Shown piece by piece: positions 13,361-24,844 of a stretch of 64,000 nucleotides of DNA. The translations under genes and the position numbers were made by a program. The stretch spans positions 149,944 through 213,943 of the forward strand of contig NMRA01000633.1 of assembly GCA_002633005.1 (NCBI GenBank). Reading direction: 5' to 3'. The number at the start of each line of letters is the position of its first letter. Positions within the stretch are counted from its first letter, which is position 1. Below the pieces are notes generated by a model. That model searched no databases, had not been told where the DNA came from, and saw only the letters and a program-made list of their open reading frames with translations. The DNA is from Phoronis australis. Lineage: Eukaryota > Animalia > Phoronida.

Positions 13361-13447
13361 CTGTCTTGGTGAATACGACCCAGCTGGTTGAGGCTGAACC
13401 TTCTGAGGAGAGGTTCCCGCAACTTTAGACAGACCTGGGCTGCCTCC
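13361..13447 (-). CDS. Candidate symmetric internal exon (87 bp, GGSPGLSKVAGTSPQKVQPQPAGSYSPRQ)
   Basis: Acceptor CTTTTGGTTTCAG, donor CAG|GTAAGA, GC-rich island in AT-rich flanks, open frame. Confidence 0.65.
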
Positions 13448-14679
13448 CTGAAACCAAAAGAGTTTTTTATTCAAAAACACAAACAACCTATTCAGAAGTA
13501 TGATTTGACACTGTATATGTGGATATTTAGGCCCACGCAGCTTAAACATTGTTTGTGTTCAGAAATAGGCTTTTTTGAAACAGTTGAGTAATTTGATAAA
13601 ATCGCATGTTTTATTGAAGTCTGATTGTCCATTAGGGTAAAACCTGAAATATTTAAAAGAAGAGGAAAAAGACTGGGTAGAAGACAAAAAGTCCAAGTAA
13701 AAGGTTTGTGCATGTACAAGGGACTGCTACATGCGGCTTTGGGTGAATCAGGTGGATGTGCCTAGGTGCGGAAAAACAATGAAAAATGCCTTATTTCAGA
13801 TATCTGAATGACTGATTCCAGCCCCCTCTGGACACAGCTAAATGAAACAGGCAGCACAGTACTTATGGTTGAGCTTCTACAACATCCTACAACAGCCATT
13901 GGTGACTATGCTACAATAACAAACAAGCATAAACCAACAAAAACTTTATGAATGTCACTTTTAAGACTAGACCACTGCTGAAGTGAAAACATTTACAGAT
14001 AAAGTGGACCAATAGAATGAAAGTATTTGAATACACATTCACTCCAGTTTCTGTTTATTAAAAGTGTTTCAGATGTATATTTAACCTTAACCTTCATGCC
14101 TTAAGAAAACCTAGTGTGTCCCCATTTTCAATAACAGAAAAATCTGTTTTAGCAAACAAAAAATTATATTCTATTTCGTTTTTCTATTTCAAAATGATCC
14201 CAAACACTGTGTGCTTCTTAGAGGTGTTTATTTCTATCATAAAAAATAGTCATTTGATGGCACAGAATACACTGAACGCATCCAAATACAGGAAGATGTC
14301 TTCGACTCTCAAAACTATTTGCCAAATTTCGTGAAAATCTGTCAACAACTCCAAAGATACAAAGGCAAAAGTAAAAAACAAGTAAAAAAACTGACTGCCA
14401 TTAGGAACCACTGGGGTAGTGAATTCATCCATTTGCTATCAAGTTCATAGGAATACAATTACTACAAAATTCAAGAACATCTTCCAAGGAGATTCGGAGA
14501 TACACCCATAGCTGCAAAAAATGTCGCTATGGACACCACAGTTGTTGGACATTTGAAAATTAACGATAGTCATGCTCTTGTCAATAGGAACGCATCTGCC
14601 AATTGTCATACTGATCCTCTGCTTGAGTTTGGCAGAAACAGAACCAAACAACAAAAAAACAGACTAAAAAATAATGATG

Positions 14680-15946
14680 AAAGCGCTCCGAGGAGCGAAC
14701 CTTGGCAAAATTAACCAAAAAGATGACGATAAAGATGATGATGAAGATGACGAATATGACGGCGATGGTGGCGAGGATGAACAAAAGAAGTAATAATAAA
14801 TACACATAACGAACGTATAAGTCCGAAATCAGTAAGAAAATGGATACAGTCTTGTGCGACACTTGGCGAAATTAACGGAAAAGTAAGACGGAGATGATGA
14901 CAAAGCTGATGACAATGATGACGAATATGATGATGGTGGTGGCGATGATGAACAACATCACAACATTCATATGATGAACTTGTCATAAATCAATAAGAAA
15001 TAGGCTACAGTCTAATTCAATAGAAGATAAACCAACATCAATGCAGCAAGAGCGCTCAACAAAGGAACAGCGTTATCAGAAAATCTCAAATAACTCGAAA
15101 AGTAGACGTCCTAGCGACAAATGGAAAACATCTTCTGAAAGCCCGTTCAAAATTCTATCTAAACTGATGGTATCGCCTAATTCCGTAAATTTTTCGAAAA
15201 AAAATGAAATTTTGTGTTTTTTTAAGAAATTCAAAGTCAAATAACTCGAAAACGGTAAGTCTGAGAAAAAAATTGTTACAGGCCATTTGAAAGATTATAC
15301 TTCAAAGAATCTACATGCAAAAAATCACGTCTTTTCTTTTCCTGTTTAAAATCGCACTCCAGACGACTGAAAATGGGTCAACATGCGCCATATCCGCCAC
15401 CTTGAAAGCAACTTCCGGTTTTTCGGCTTTGTATAATAGCATGTTATAAGAAACTAATACCTGTAAAAATTCTAAGGAATTGGTCTTATAATACGCCCTC
15501 TAGAGGAGAAAACGTTTTTAGGCCAAAATCGAGGTGCGCATGCGCGATCACCGATATTTCCGCCATCTTTAACCGGAAGTAAACAATTTCCGGTATACCT
15601 GTAGAAAACTTCCGGTCCATTTACTGTGCCGATTCTTAGCCTTTTACGTAAAAAATTGTAGCCTCCAGAAGCATTTGAACCTTTAAATGGAAACAAAATA
15701 GCCGCCAAAGCCGCCATCTTGGATCAGATTTTGACGAAAAACAATAAGCTTCAGTACTTTCGGAAGTACGTGTTATGTGTAAATTTCGTGATGATCGGAC
15801 GAAAATTGCGACCTGTATCCTGCGAACAAACAAAAAAAAAACTTAGTGGAAGAGCAACATACTTGGCGGAAGAATTCCGCTTAGTAAAAAAATACAAACT
15901 TGGTGTCAGAGCAACATACTTGGCAAAATTTTTTTCGCCAAGTAAA
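14680..15946 (+). mobile_element. Non-coding dispersed repeat with internal GAT/GAC microsatellite and two 3' hairpins (Helentron/HINE-like)
   Basis: Inverted partial copy at 18277-18850; ends with CATACTTGGCGGAAGAATTCCGC.TAGTA and CATACTTGGCAAAA..TTCGCCAAGTA followed by A-runs. Confidence 0.65.
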
Positions 15947-16429
15947 AATGGCCACTAGTTTATTTTCATTTCGCCACTTAGTTTGTGCAGAATATGTCAA
16001 ATCATCACAAAAAGAAAGGTGCAATGGTCCTTGTTTGTCAAATTACATGAAGACAGGCCTTTATGCAGCGTATGTCCTGGGCGTCCAAATGGATGCCGTA
16101 GCACTAATATGGACATTCTGGCAAGGACACCCAATTTATCATTTCGATGCGGTATCAATAGGAAGCTTTCAAGTTTGGACAAACCCATTGTAATGATTAC
16201 GAGGAAGCCTATGAAGACTCACAGGGGTGGCTCTTTTTTCAAAGCAGGAATGAGCAAGGAATATACAATGTATATACTAAGTATTTACAATATTCAAAAT
16301 GGCAGACCTTGCGGCCATTTTGTTTACGGTTTCTGATTCAAATGCTCATATAGGCAGCATTTTTCAATGCGCAGAGCTGAAACTTGGTACGATTATTACA
16401 AAAAAAAAACAAGTACTACAACTGCGCGA

Positions 16430-18276
16430 TAAATCCATTCTATAAACATTCCCACTAAATAAAATTGGTCCTAACCCCGCTTGTCAAGGTAAACGGAGGG
16501 GGTTGGAAAATAGAACTAGACCATATTTATCCACCTTGGCCGAGTCGCGCTCGGCTCACGATCAAAGGGATGCCACCAAGCTGCTCTATTCATCGAGTCA
16601 CGAGCGAGGATAATTAGCTTCGGTCATGCGGATATGATCAGCTGATTACAATCTAGCTAGCAGACTGTACTTTTTATGGAGAGAGTTTCACATAGTTTTT
16701 ACTGTAATATTTGAAAACAAGAACGAAAACAAATATGAGTACAACTTTGAATTTTTCAAATCGGCCCAGGATAAGAGATTTTGCAACACAGTAACATTCA
16801 CGATTACTTTCATTCGGCGCGCACGCATACAAAAATATAGGACCAAAGTTATTTAGATTTTGGAACCCATGCATTCCAATATTCAGTTTATTATGAATCT
16901 TACAAGCTGTAAGACGACATTGTTTAATTTCATTGTGCTCATTCATTGTCATCCGTCCAAAATGTGATCTGCGGCGTGGGCGTATGTGTACAAAACACGT
17001 GATTGTTATGTTCATGAAGTACGAAAATTAAGAAACTTTAGCATGCCGTTATTATTGACAGGGACACGATAAAGCGAATTTGGATTTTGACTATAGTCTT
17101 GATACAGCAATCTGCCTGACCACTGCGTCAGTGTCTCCGTTAGACCCAGAGTCACACAGCCCAGGTAGTTTACCTCGTCCCCAACATGTAGATCGAGCCT
17201 TGGCCTATTAATACTCCACGGTAGAGCTAACGACCCCTAGCCTATGCACACAAAATCTGTGAGTTAACCAGCACTCACCTTGAACGTTGCAGCCGTTTAA
17301 GTGAAAAACAATCTAGTAAACGCCATTTTCTTGCATAATCCTCCTTCTTTTGCAACAAAAATGTCTGTCGTCGATGACCAGCACACGCACGCTCACTCAC
17401 TCTCATACGCAGACGAACTTCAAAACAAACGTCACGTGACAACAACACGTGTGTTCATCCAGAGATTTTTCTCGTGTCGTGGGGTACGATGTAGCGCAGA
17501 TTTGGACTTAATCGCAATTAATCTGGACTCCACATGAACTTTAAAAAAAACATAAGGAAGGTTTCAGGTAAGTTGTTGAATCGAAACTACCGTAATCATT
17601 CGGGTTAACGCCCATGCTCAGTTAACCGCCCATCCCCGACTTTAAGTGGATTTTCGATTTAACCGCCCACTGCTCGGTTAAGCGCCCCCCCCCGATTTTT
17701 TGGATTCGCCAATTTAACCGCCCAGGGCGTTAACCCGAACGATTACGGTATATTTTTATTCAAGAGTTCAAGTTTTCCTATTGACGATAGCGATTCAGCG
17801 ACGCATCAGTCGGCAAGTTTTCGTCCTGTGATGAGCACAATTTTTTGAAAAATTATCATAATTTAACAACAGAAGTTGATAGCAATGCACCACAATTTTG
17901 TAGAAAGGCTGTCATAGGCTACAGATACGTCACAGAGCGTAAATTTGATGAATCCTAGCTTCCGATTTTACCCGTTTGGGAAACCGGGTTTCAACTGACG
18001 TAGGCTACAATAAGCATCCCCTCCCCGTGAAATGAATTTTTCTAAGCGTTTATTAGAGCCAATACAGTATACAGCTTTCCACCAAGGCTAGGTGATGCTA
18101 GGACATTTTTCTTTGTTGATGGCCTGGTCATCCATTCAGCCAAAAGTAGTTCCAGAGGTGGCTTATCAGCCAATTATTCACGCATGCCGACTCATAATAG
18201 AAGCCTGATAAGAGTGAAGGTGGATAAATTCGGTGTTCCTACAGTTTCTTGTGGTAGTGTGTTCACGACATGGTTA
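16430..18276 (+). repeat. Left arm of ~1.8-kb inverted repeat pair
   Basis: 16430-16760 is the revcomp of 22406-22735; 17874-18276 is the revcomp of 21246-21689. Confidence 0.9.
17590..17748. mobile_element. 159-bp MITE, TIR CCGTAATC.TTCGGGTTAACGCCC, TA target-site duplication (Tc1/mariner-pogo type)
   Basis: TA at 17588-17589 and 17749-17750; homologous site near 19405-19430 is empty. Confidence 0.92.
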
Positions 18277-18850
18277 ACTTCCGGTCAAAGATGGCGGAAA
18301 TATTGGCCATGGCACATACGCACCTCGATATCTGGCCGAAAACGTTTTCTCCTGTAAAGGGCGCATTGGTGAACCAATCATTTTCAATTTCGTCACCTGT
18401 TTGTTTCGTTTGATTGGCTATTATAAAAGTTTGTTTAACCGGAAGTCACTTTCAAGATGGCAGCTCTGGTGCATTTTCACCCATTTACGATTGTTCTGCG
18501 GTCGCATTTTTAATGGGAAGAGCAAATGACATGAATTTTGGCATGTGGATTCCTTGAAATAGAGTTTTGAACGGGCTTTCAGATGATGCTTGCCGGTTTT
18601 TGTTTAGGACGTCTACTTTTCGAATTATTCGAGATTTTCTGATTTCGCTGTTCCTTTGTTGAGCGCTCTTGCTGCATTGATGTTGGTTTAGCTTCTATTG
18701 AACAAGACTGCAGCCTATTTCTTAGTAATTTCTTCACTAGTCACATGAATGTTATCGTGTTGTTCATAACTGCCGCCTTCATCGTCGTCGTCTTCCCCAT
18801 CGTCTTATTTTCAGATAATTTCGCCAAGTGTCGCTCCTCCGAGCGCTCTC
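18277..18850 (-). repeat. Inverted, internally deleted copy of 14680-15590
   Basis: GAGCGCTCTTGCTGCATTGATGTTGGTTTA and GGACGTCTACTTTTCGA are revcomps of sequence at 15027-15112. Confidence 0.85.
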
Positions 18851-19087
18851 GTTTTTGTATTTTTAACAAATTTTCATCCTAGAGTTCATCAATTTTTAAT
18901 AAGTATAAGAGTAAATGATATTGCAGTGACTATAAGTATACAAGTTTCCTTCTTTTGGGTACTTCATTTAGCACTTTGTGACAACTTATTGGTGTAACAG
19001 CACACTCTGAAGAAAATAAATACCTTCATATTTTAAGCTGCAGTCACATTTACACAAAGTTCACATGCGAATTATAGAATAGAGGTA

Positions 19088-20210
19088 CCGTATTCGCCCT
19101 AATCAGCACGCAGGGTACTAAGAAAAATTTGTTTTGGGAGGAAGCGCTTATTGTAGCCTAAGGCGGTTGAAGCCCGTTCACCGAAACGGATGAAATCAGA
19201 AGCTATCATTCATCAAATTTACGCTCTGCGAGGTATCTGTAACCTATGACAGACTTTCCACAAAATTGTGGTGCGTTGCTATCAAACTTCGTTGTTAAAT
19301 TACAATCCCTTTTCAGAAAATCATGCGGAAATCCCTCGGCGAAAACTCGCCGACTGATGCGTCGCTGTCTCGTGATCATCGATTGGGCAACTTGAATTCA
19401 TGAATAATAATACAGCTTCGACTCAACAAACTACTTAAAATTCTCCTCAAGTTTTCCAAATAGCGTCTGTAAGATTTTTAAGTTCCAGTGGAGTCGGGAT
19501 TAACCCCAGATTAAGTCCAAATCTGCGCTAGATCGCACCCTGCAACATGAAAAAAATCTGGACGAACACACGTTGTTGTCACGTGACATTCGTTTTGAAG
19601 TTCGTCTACGTGTGTGTGCCGAGTGAACGAGCACTGAGATAAATATAGCATATATATATATATATAGCTTATTGGCGAGTGCATGCGTGTCATCACAGTT
19701 CATTTGCCAGAGTAGCAGGCCTACGTGTGTGTAGTGCGCGGTTCCTGGCCACGTGCTTTTAATACTGGTCAAGTTTTTTTTTATTAGCCTTCAATTCGCG
19801 ATTTTCAAATGTACAAAGAAACTCTGGACTCCCGTTGAGGGAGATCTGTGCAGGAAAAATACAATACAATCTCGTTGACAAGAATGCTGCGTCTGTTCAG
19901 AAAGGCCTGACCATAGTGGGACACGTTCCTCGCAAGATCAGCAACGTATGCATTCTTTTTGAAGCACTGCGGAAGCTTGAAGTATATAGTCACGGCTAAA
20001 CATCGACAGCGGTGGGCTCGTGGTCTACAAATTCCGTGCACAATGACTTTTTCAGGACTGTCGGATATTATTGATAAATTGAAGACGTTACTGTAGAATT
20101 TAAGAACTGCAGGTTAGGCATTTTTCGCATGTATAGTCATGTTCATGGGATGGGCACTTATTTTAGTGAAGTCTGAAAACGTGTGGGGGCGCTTATTAGG
20201 GCGAATACTG
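19088..20210 (+). mobile_element. 1.1-kb non-autonomous TIR element with TA TSD
   Basis: Left CCGTATTCGCCCTAATCAGC vs right-end revcomp CAGTATTCGCCCTAATAAGC; TA at 19086-19087 and 20211-20212. Confidence 0.85.
19791..20096 (+). pseudogene. HIRAN-domain-like relic inside the 1.1-kb element
   Basis: SIRDFQMYKE/LWTPVEGDLCRK/NLVDKNAASVQKGLTIVGHVPRKISNVCILF/KHCGSLKYIVTAKHRQRWARGLQIPCTMTFSGLSDIIDKLKTLL* with 3 frameshifts; NxxDxNA..V....VGHVP is the HIRAN signature. Confidence 0.75.
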
Positions 20211-20439
20211 TACTTCCACATTTCACTGTTTGATAGCAGTCTTATTGCACAGATGTATCATGAACATATGATAATCATTAATATATAAATAGAAATGGTT
20301 GGCAGTCACTAAAACACCAGCTAGGAAAAGAACACATTTTGCTTGTGCTCTGCTTTCAATGAGACGTAGAAACATACAGTGTCTACATTTTGGCATCATT
20401 TATTAAACAAATAAGGTAAAACTAGCAGAGATACATGTA

Positions 20440-20729
20440 CCGTAAAAGTTCTCCAATTTGGGTCAGTGAAACATTAGTTATTTTGCTCAAGGTCAGAGCT
20501 TGAACCAAATTCTAGAAACAAGCAATACTGAACATCCCTAATTCAAGGATAACCAGAAAGACGACAAAATTACGGATTTTTAGACAGAAATCACATCATC
20601 AAAATTTGGCAATTATGGTTAATACCAAAATCGCCCTCGTCACTAACTCCAGAATCAAGAAAATTCATTTTTCAGGAATTTCTACGTTCCAAGTTCTATA
20701 CACTGACCCAAATTGGAAAATTTTTACCC
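20440..20729. mobile_element. 290-bp MITE with ~29-bp TIR and TA TSD
   Basis: CCGTAAAAGTTCTCCAATTTGGGTCAGTG ... CACTGACCCAAATTGGAAAATTTTTACCC, flanked by TA on both sides. Confidence 0.8.
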
Positions 20730-21245
20730 TACTAGTTCATGGGCATACACATGGCCAAAGCAAGTTTACTAATCAAAACTAAGAACAGAGGTCAGAGTTT
20801 AGCTGTATCTGTAAATAGCTGAATGTTTCAGTTATTGATTTTGCACTCCTACAAATACTGCTCCAAATACACATTTGAGTTGTTCTCTTGTTGATAATTT
20901 GAATTTGCCCTGAACAGTCAATTTATGGATCTTTTAAGACTGGAGTAGATTGTCTATTATATACAGTCATTAGAACGACGCATCTTCCAACATGCATTCA
21001 ACTTGCTTGGTTCAACAATACAATCAGCCAGTCACCCAAACGGATGTAAAACAACCAAGGGTACAGGCAAATTCAATTTTGAAAATCTTAAGCCCTTTCA
21101 GATAACTATCATGCCCTCTCCCACCGTCCCGGCGCCCATCAACCCTGACTCCACTTCCTACCCCACTTCATTTCACAGGGTTTAATTTTTAAATTTGCCT
21201 CCCCAAATTGGGTTAACTGGTTTTGTGCTGTAAATACCATTTGTT

Positions 21246-22735
21246 TGATCATGTCCTGAACACATCCACTAAAACAAGAAACTGTAGGAACACCGCATTT
21301 ATCCACCTTCACTCTTATCAGGCTTCTATTGCGAGTCAGCATGCGTGAATAATTGGCCGATAAGCCACCTCTGGAACTACTTTGGGCTGAATGGATGACC
21401 AGGCCATAAAATGATAATTAGCCAAGACCAGTTACTATAATGCAACAAAGAATAATGTCTTGCATCACCTAGCCTTGGTGGAAAGCTGTATACTGTATTG
21501 GCTCAAACAAACGCTTAGAAAAATTCATTTCACGAGGAGGGGACGCTTATTGTAGTGAGCCTACGGCAGTTGAAACCCGGTTTCCCAAACGGGTAAAATC
21601 GGAAGCTAGGATTCATCAAATTTACGTTCTGTGACGTATTTGTAGCCTATGACAGCCTTTCTACAAAATTGTGGTGCATTGCTATCAACNNNNNNNNNNN
21701 NNNNNNNNNNNNNNNNNNNNNNNNNNNNNNNNNNNNNNNNNNNNNNNNNNNNNNNNNNNNNNNNNNNNNNNNNNNNNNNNNNNNNNNNNNNNNNNNNNNN
21801 NNNNNNNNNNNNNNNNNNNNNNNNNNNNNNNNNNNNNNNNNNNNNNNNNNNNNNNNNNNNNNNNNNNNNNNNNNNNNNNNNNNNNNNNNNNNNNNNNNNN
21901 NNNNNNNNNNNNNNNNNNNNNNNNNNNNNNNNNNNNNNNNNNNNNNNNNNNNNNNNNNNNNNNNNNNNNNNNNNNNNNNNNNNNNNNNNNNNNNNNNNNN
22001 NNNNNNNNNNNNNNNNNNNNNNNNNNNNNNNNNNNNNNNNNNNNNNNNNNNNNNNNNNNNNNNNNNNNNNNNNNNNNNNNNNNNNNNNNNNNNNNNNNNN
22101 NNNNNNNNNNNNNNNNNNNNNNNNNNNNNNNNNNNNNNNNNNNNNNNNNNNNNNNNNNNNNNNNNNNNNNNNNNNNNNNNNNNNNNNNNNNNNNNNNNNN
22201 NNNNNNNNNNNNNNNNNNNNNNNNNNNNNNNNNNNNNNNNNNNNNNNNNNNNNNNNNNNNNNNNNNNNNNNNNNNNNNNNNNNNNNNNNNNNNNNNNNNN
22301 NNNNNNNNNNNNNNNNNNNNNNNNNNNNNNNNNNNNNNNNNNNNNNNNNNNNNNNNNNNNNNNNNNNNNNNNNNNNNNNNNNNNNNNNNNNNNNNNNNNN
22401 NNNNNATTTGAAAAATTCAAAGTTGTACTCATATTTGTTTTCGCTCCTCTTTTCAAATATTACAGTAAAAACTACGTAAAACTCTCTCCATAAAAAGTAC
22501 AGTCTGCTAGCTAGATTGTAATCAGCTGATCATATCCGCATGAGCGAAGCCAATTATCCTCGCTCTTGACTCGATGACTAGAGCAGCTTGGCGGCATCCC
22601 TTTGAGCATGAGCCGAGCGCGTCTCAGCCAAGGTGGATAAATACGGTCTACTTCAATTTTCCATGTCACACCGTTTACCTTAATCACTGGGGTTAGGACC
22701 AATCTTATTTAGTGGGAATGTTCACAGCATGATTT
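21246..22735 (-). repeat. Right arm of inverted repeat pair, interrupted by assembly gap
   Basis: Revcomp similarity to 16430-18276 on both sides of the N run. Confidence 0.9.
21690..22405. other. Assembly gap (716 N)
   Basis: Run of N. Confidence 1.
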
Positions 22736-23826
22736 AGAAATCTTTTCGGAGTGAAAGATTGCCAGCGGACGACACCTTGACCCACAATTTGCGCTATTGC
22801 GGCTTTTCTCAACCTTTACTGCTTGCAAGCCGGAAGTTGAAATTTTGCAGGAAATTCAGCGCCCGGATGCACGAAACAGCCCCAACTCAACTATTAGTTC
22901 CCTAAATCTATTGCGTATATGCGGGCCTGTGAAGTGAAATATTAACTCACCTTTTTTTATATGCTGTATGAGTCTCATTAGTTGTAACGGATGGAAAAAC
23001 GGACAATAGACTTTGTGCAAGGTTTGTAAAGTCTTTGGTTCAGTATATTGTTCAGGTTTAGTACGACCTGTATTTTGCAGCTGTCAAGATCTGGTTTTTC
23101 ATGCCCAGTAAATGTGGCACACATCCGAATAATCATGGATTAGAAAGTGGTAGATCCAAGAATACAGAGTTAGATGGGCAGAACCACTGATCTGCATCTG
23201 ACAATAAACGATAAAAAGTGTGTGCGTGACAACTTATCATGTTGATGTTTAAATTTTTCAAATGACCACTTATTTACAGAAATTGGGAGAATATTAGGCA
23301 AAAATGAACCCCCCTCCCCTGGTATATCGGCTATTGCAACTCAGATTCACAGGATGAAAGCGACAGCTAACCAAGAGACAGCTGCATGTACCTGTGAGTA
23401 AGTGTGCATTAGTTCAACATGGTGGCTGATACTGGTGGTGACACATATTTAAAGGAATGTGACCCAGACCTGTTCATCAGCTGAAGAGATGGGTCATATC
23501 AGCTTGTGCCCACTGACCTGTGTTAGTTAAACCTAGATGTATATATGGAAGTCTGACAGGCAGTTTTAACTACAGAGGAGAGAATTGTATAGTTCCAGTC
23601 ATTTAACTTGTATGGACAAGCACAGATAGTTTTATTGGTGAATAACATACAAGATCCATTCAAATTAATGTTACCCTTACAATTACCAAACTACTCACAT
23701 GACTTCTTCAGATGTACCCCAAAAATTCTTATTGTGACCATCAACACACATATTGTTGATAGAAACTTTACTAGAAATGTGTGAAAGAGCTCCCCATGCA
23801 AGCTCATTTTAAAGTTACCTTGTAGA

Positions 23827-24003
23827 AGAACAGTATAACCTGAGTGTAATAAGATGGCGGTCATAAGGCAGAACAGTATAACCAGAGTATAATAAGATGG
23901 CGGTCATAAGGCAGAACAGTATAACCTGAGTGTAATAAGATGGCTGTCATAAGGCAGAACAGTATAACCTGAGTGTAATAAGAAGGCGGTCATAAGGCAG
24001 AAC
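23827..24003. repeat. 43-bp tandem repeat x4 (AGAACAGTATAACCTGAGTGTAATAAGATGGCGGTCATAAGGC)
   Basis: Four near-identical units. Confidence 0.95.
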
Positions 24004-24745
24004 CCATGGTTTCCATAACTGTATCAATACAGGTTTCATAACTTAATTGTTGAATTGTATTTTGCATCAATGGAATTAGAAGTCACAGGCATATTTCACC
24101 TTAATTTGCCTACAACCCATGTGTACTCTCATAACAGCGAAATCCCACAAGATCGTGCTAGGAACTCAAATTTCAGAATGCTATACCAAGGAATTAATTT
24201 TATTGCAACTGGTAAAACTGATTACCAAAGGCTAACATTACTTTACTTTCCAAAAACATCAAATATACAAAGCATTTTTAAACCTTAGGCCCCAATAATG
24301 TAACAGTAAGCAAACAATACTGAGCCAATATGATAGTAAGCAAACAATATTGAATCAAGGTAACAGTAACCAAACAATATTGAGCCACTATAACAATAAG
24401 GATGATCATTATTTTCGTAATTACTCAAAAGTTCAGAAAGGAGCAATTAACGGATATTTATTAAACTTGGTTCACTCTACTGAGTCGGGAACAAAAACAG
24501 AAGACCTTTGGCTATCAGTGCTGCGCAGCTCTTACATTTGTGTTTGAAATATGAAGACAAGCCGTGTGTCTTATCCAACACTACAGAGATAATGGCAACC
24601 AAAATACAGTCATTCTACTTCATTTATAAAAGCCGAAATTCACTTTCTTCTATTTTTCAAAAGACACTAAGCTGCACATAATGGATTCTTGGTAGAAGTT
24701 GTTTTAGGACATCTATACAGCCTAAACCAAACTAAAAAACAGTTT

Positions 24746-24844
24746 ACCATAAACTCGCGGGTTGACACCCTGGGCGCCTAAATTAGGAAACCCTAAGACA
24801 GGGGTTGGGCGATTACCCGAGCAGTGGGCTCTTAAATCGAAAAT
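24746..24844 (+). mobile_element. Diverged terminal fragment of the 2.4-kb element family
   Basis: CGGGTTGACACCCTGGGCG..TAAATT and CCGAGCAGTGGGC..TTAAATCGAAAAT parallel 28404-28501. Confidence 0.6.

Noticed and set aside
14581-14986. His-rich and hydrophobic ORFs
   Set aside because: Derived from a GAT/GAC microsatellite inside a dispersed repeat
21647-22493. Four long ORFs of 246-276 aa
   Set aside because: Artefacts of reading through the N gap
23827-24003. Regular 43-bp repeats as a possible CRISPR array
   Set aside because: Head-to-tail units with no unique spacers, no cas genes, eukaryotic context; same applies to the other arrays
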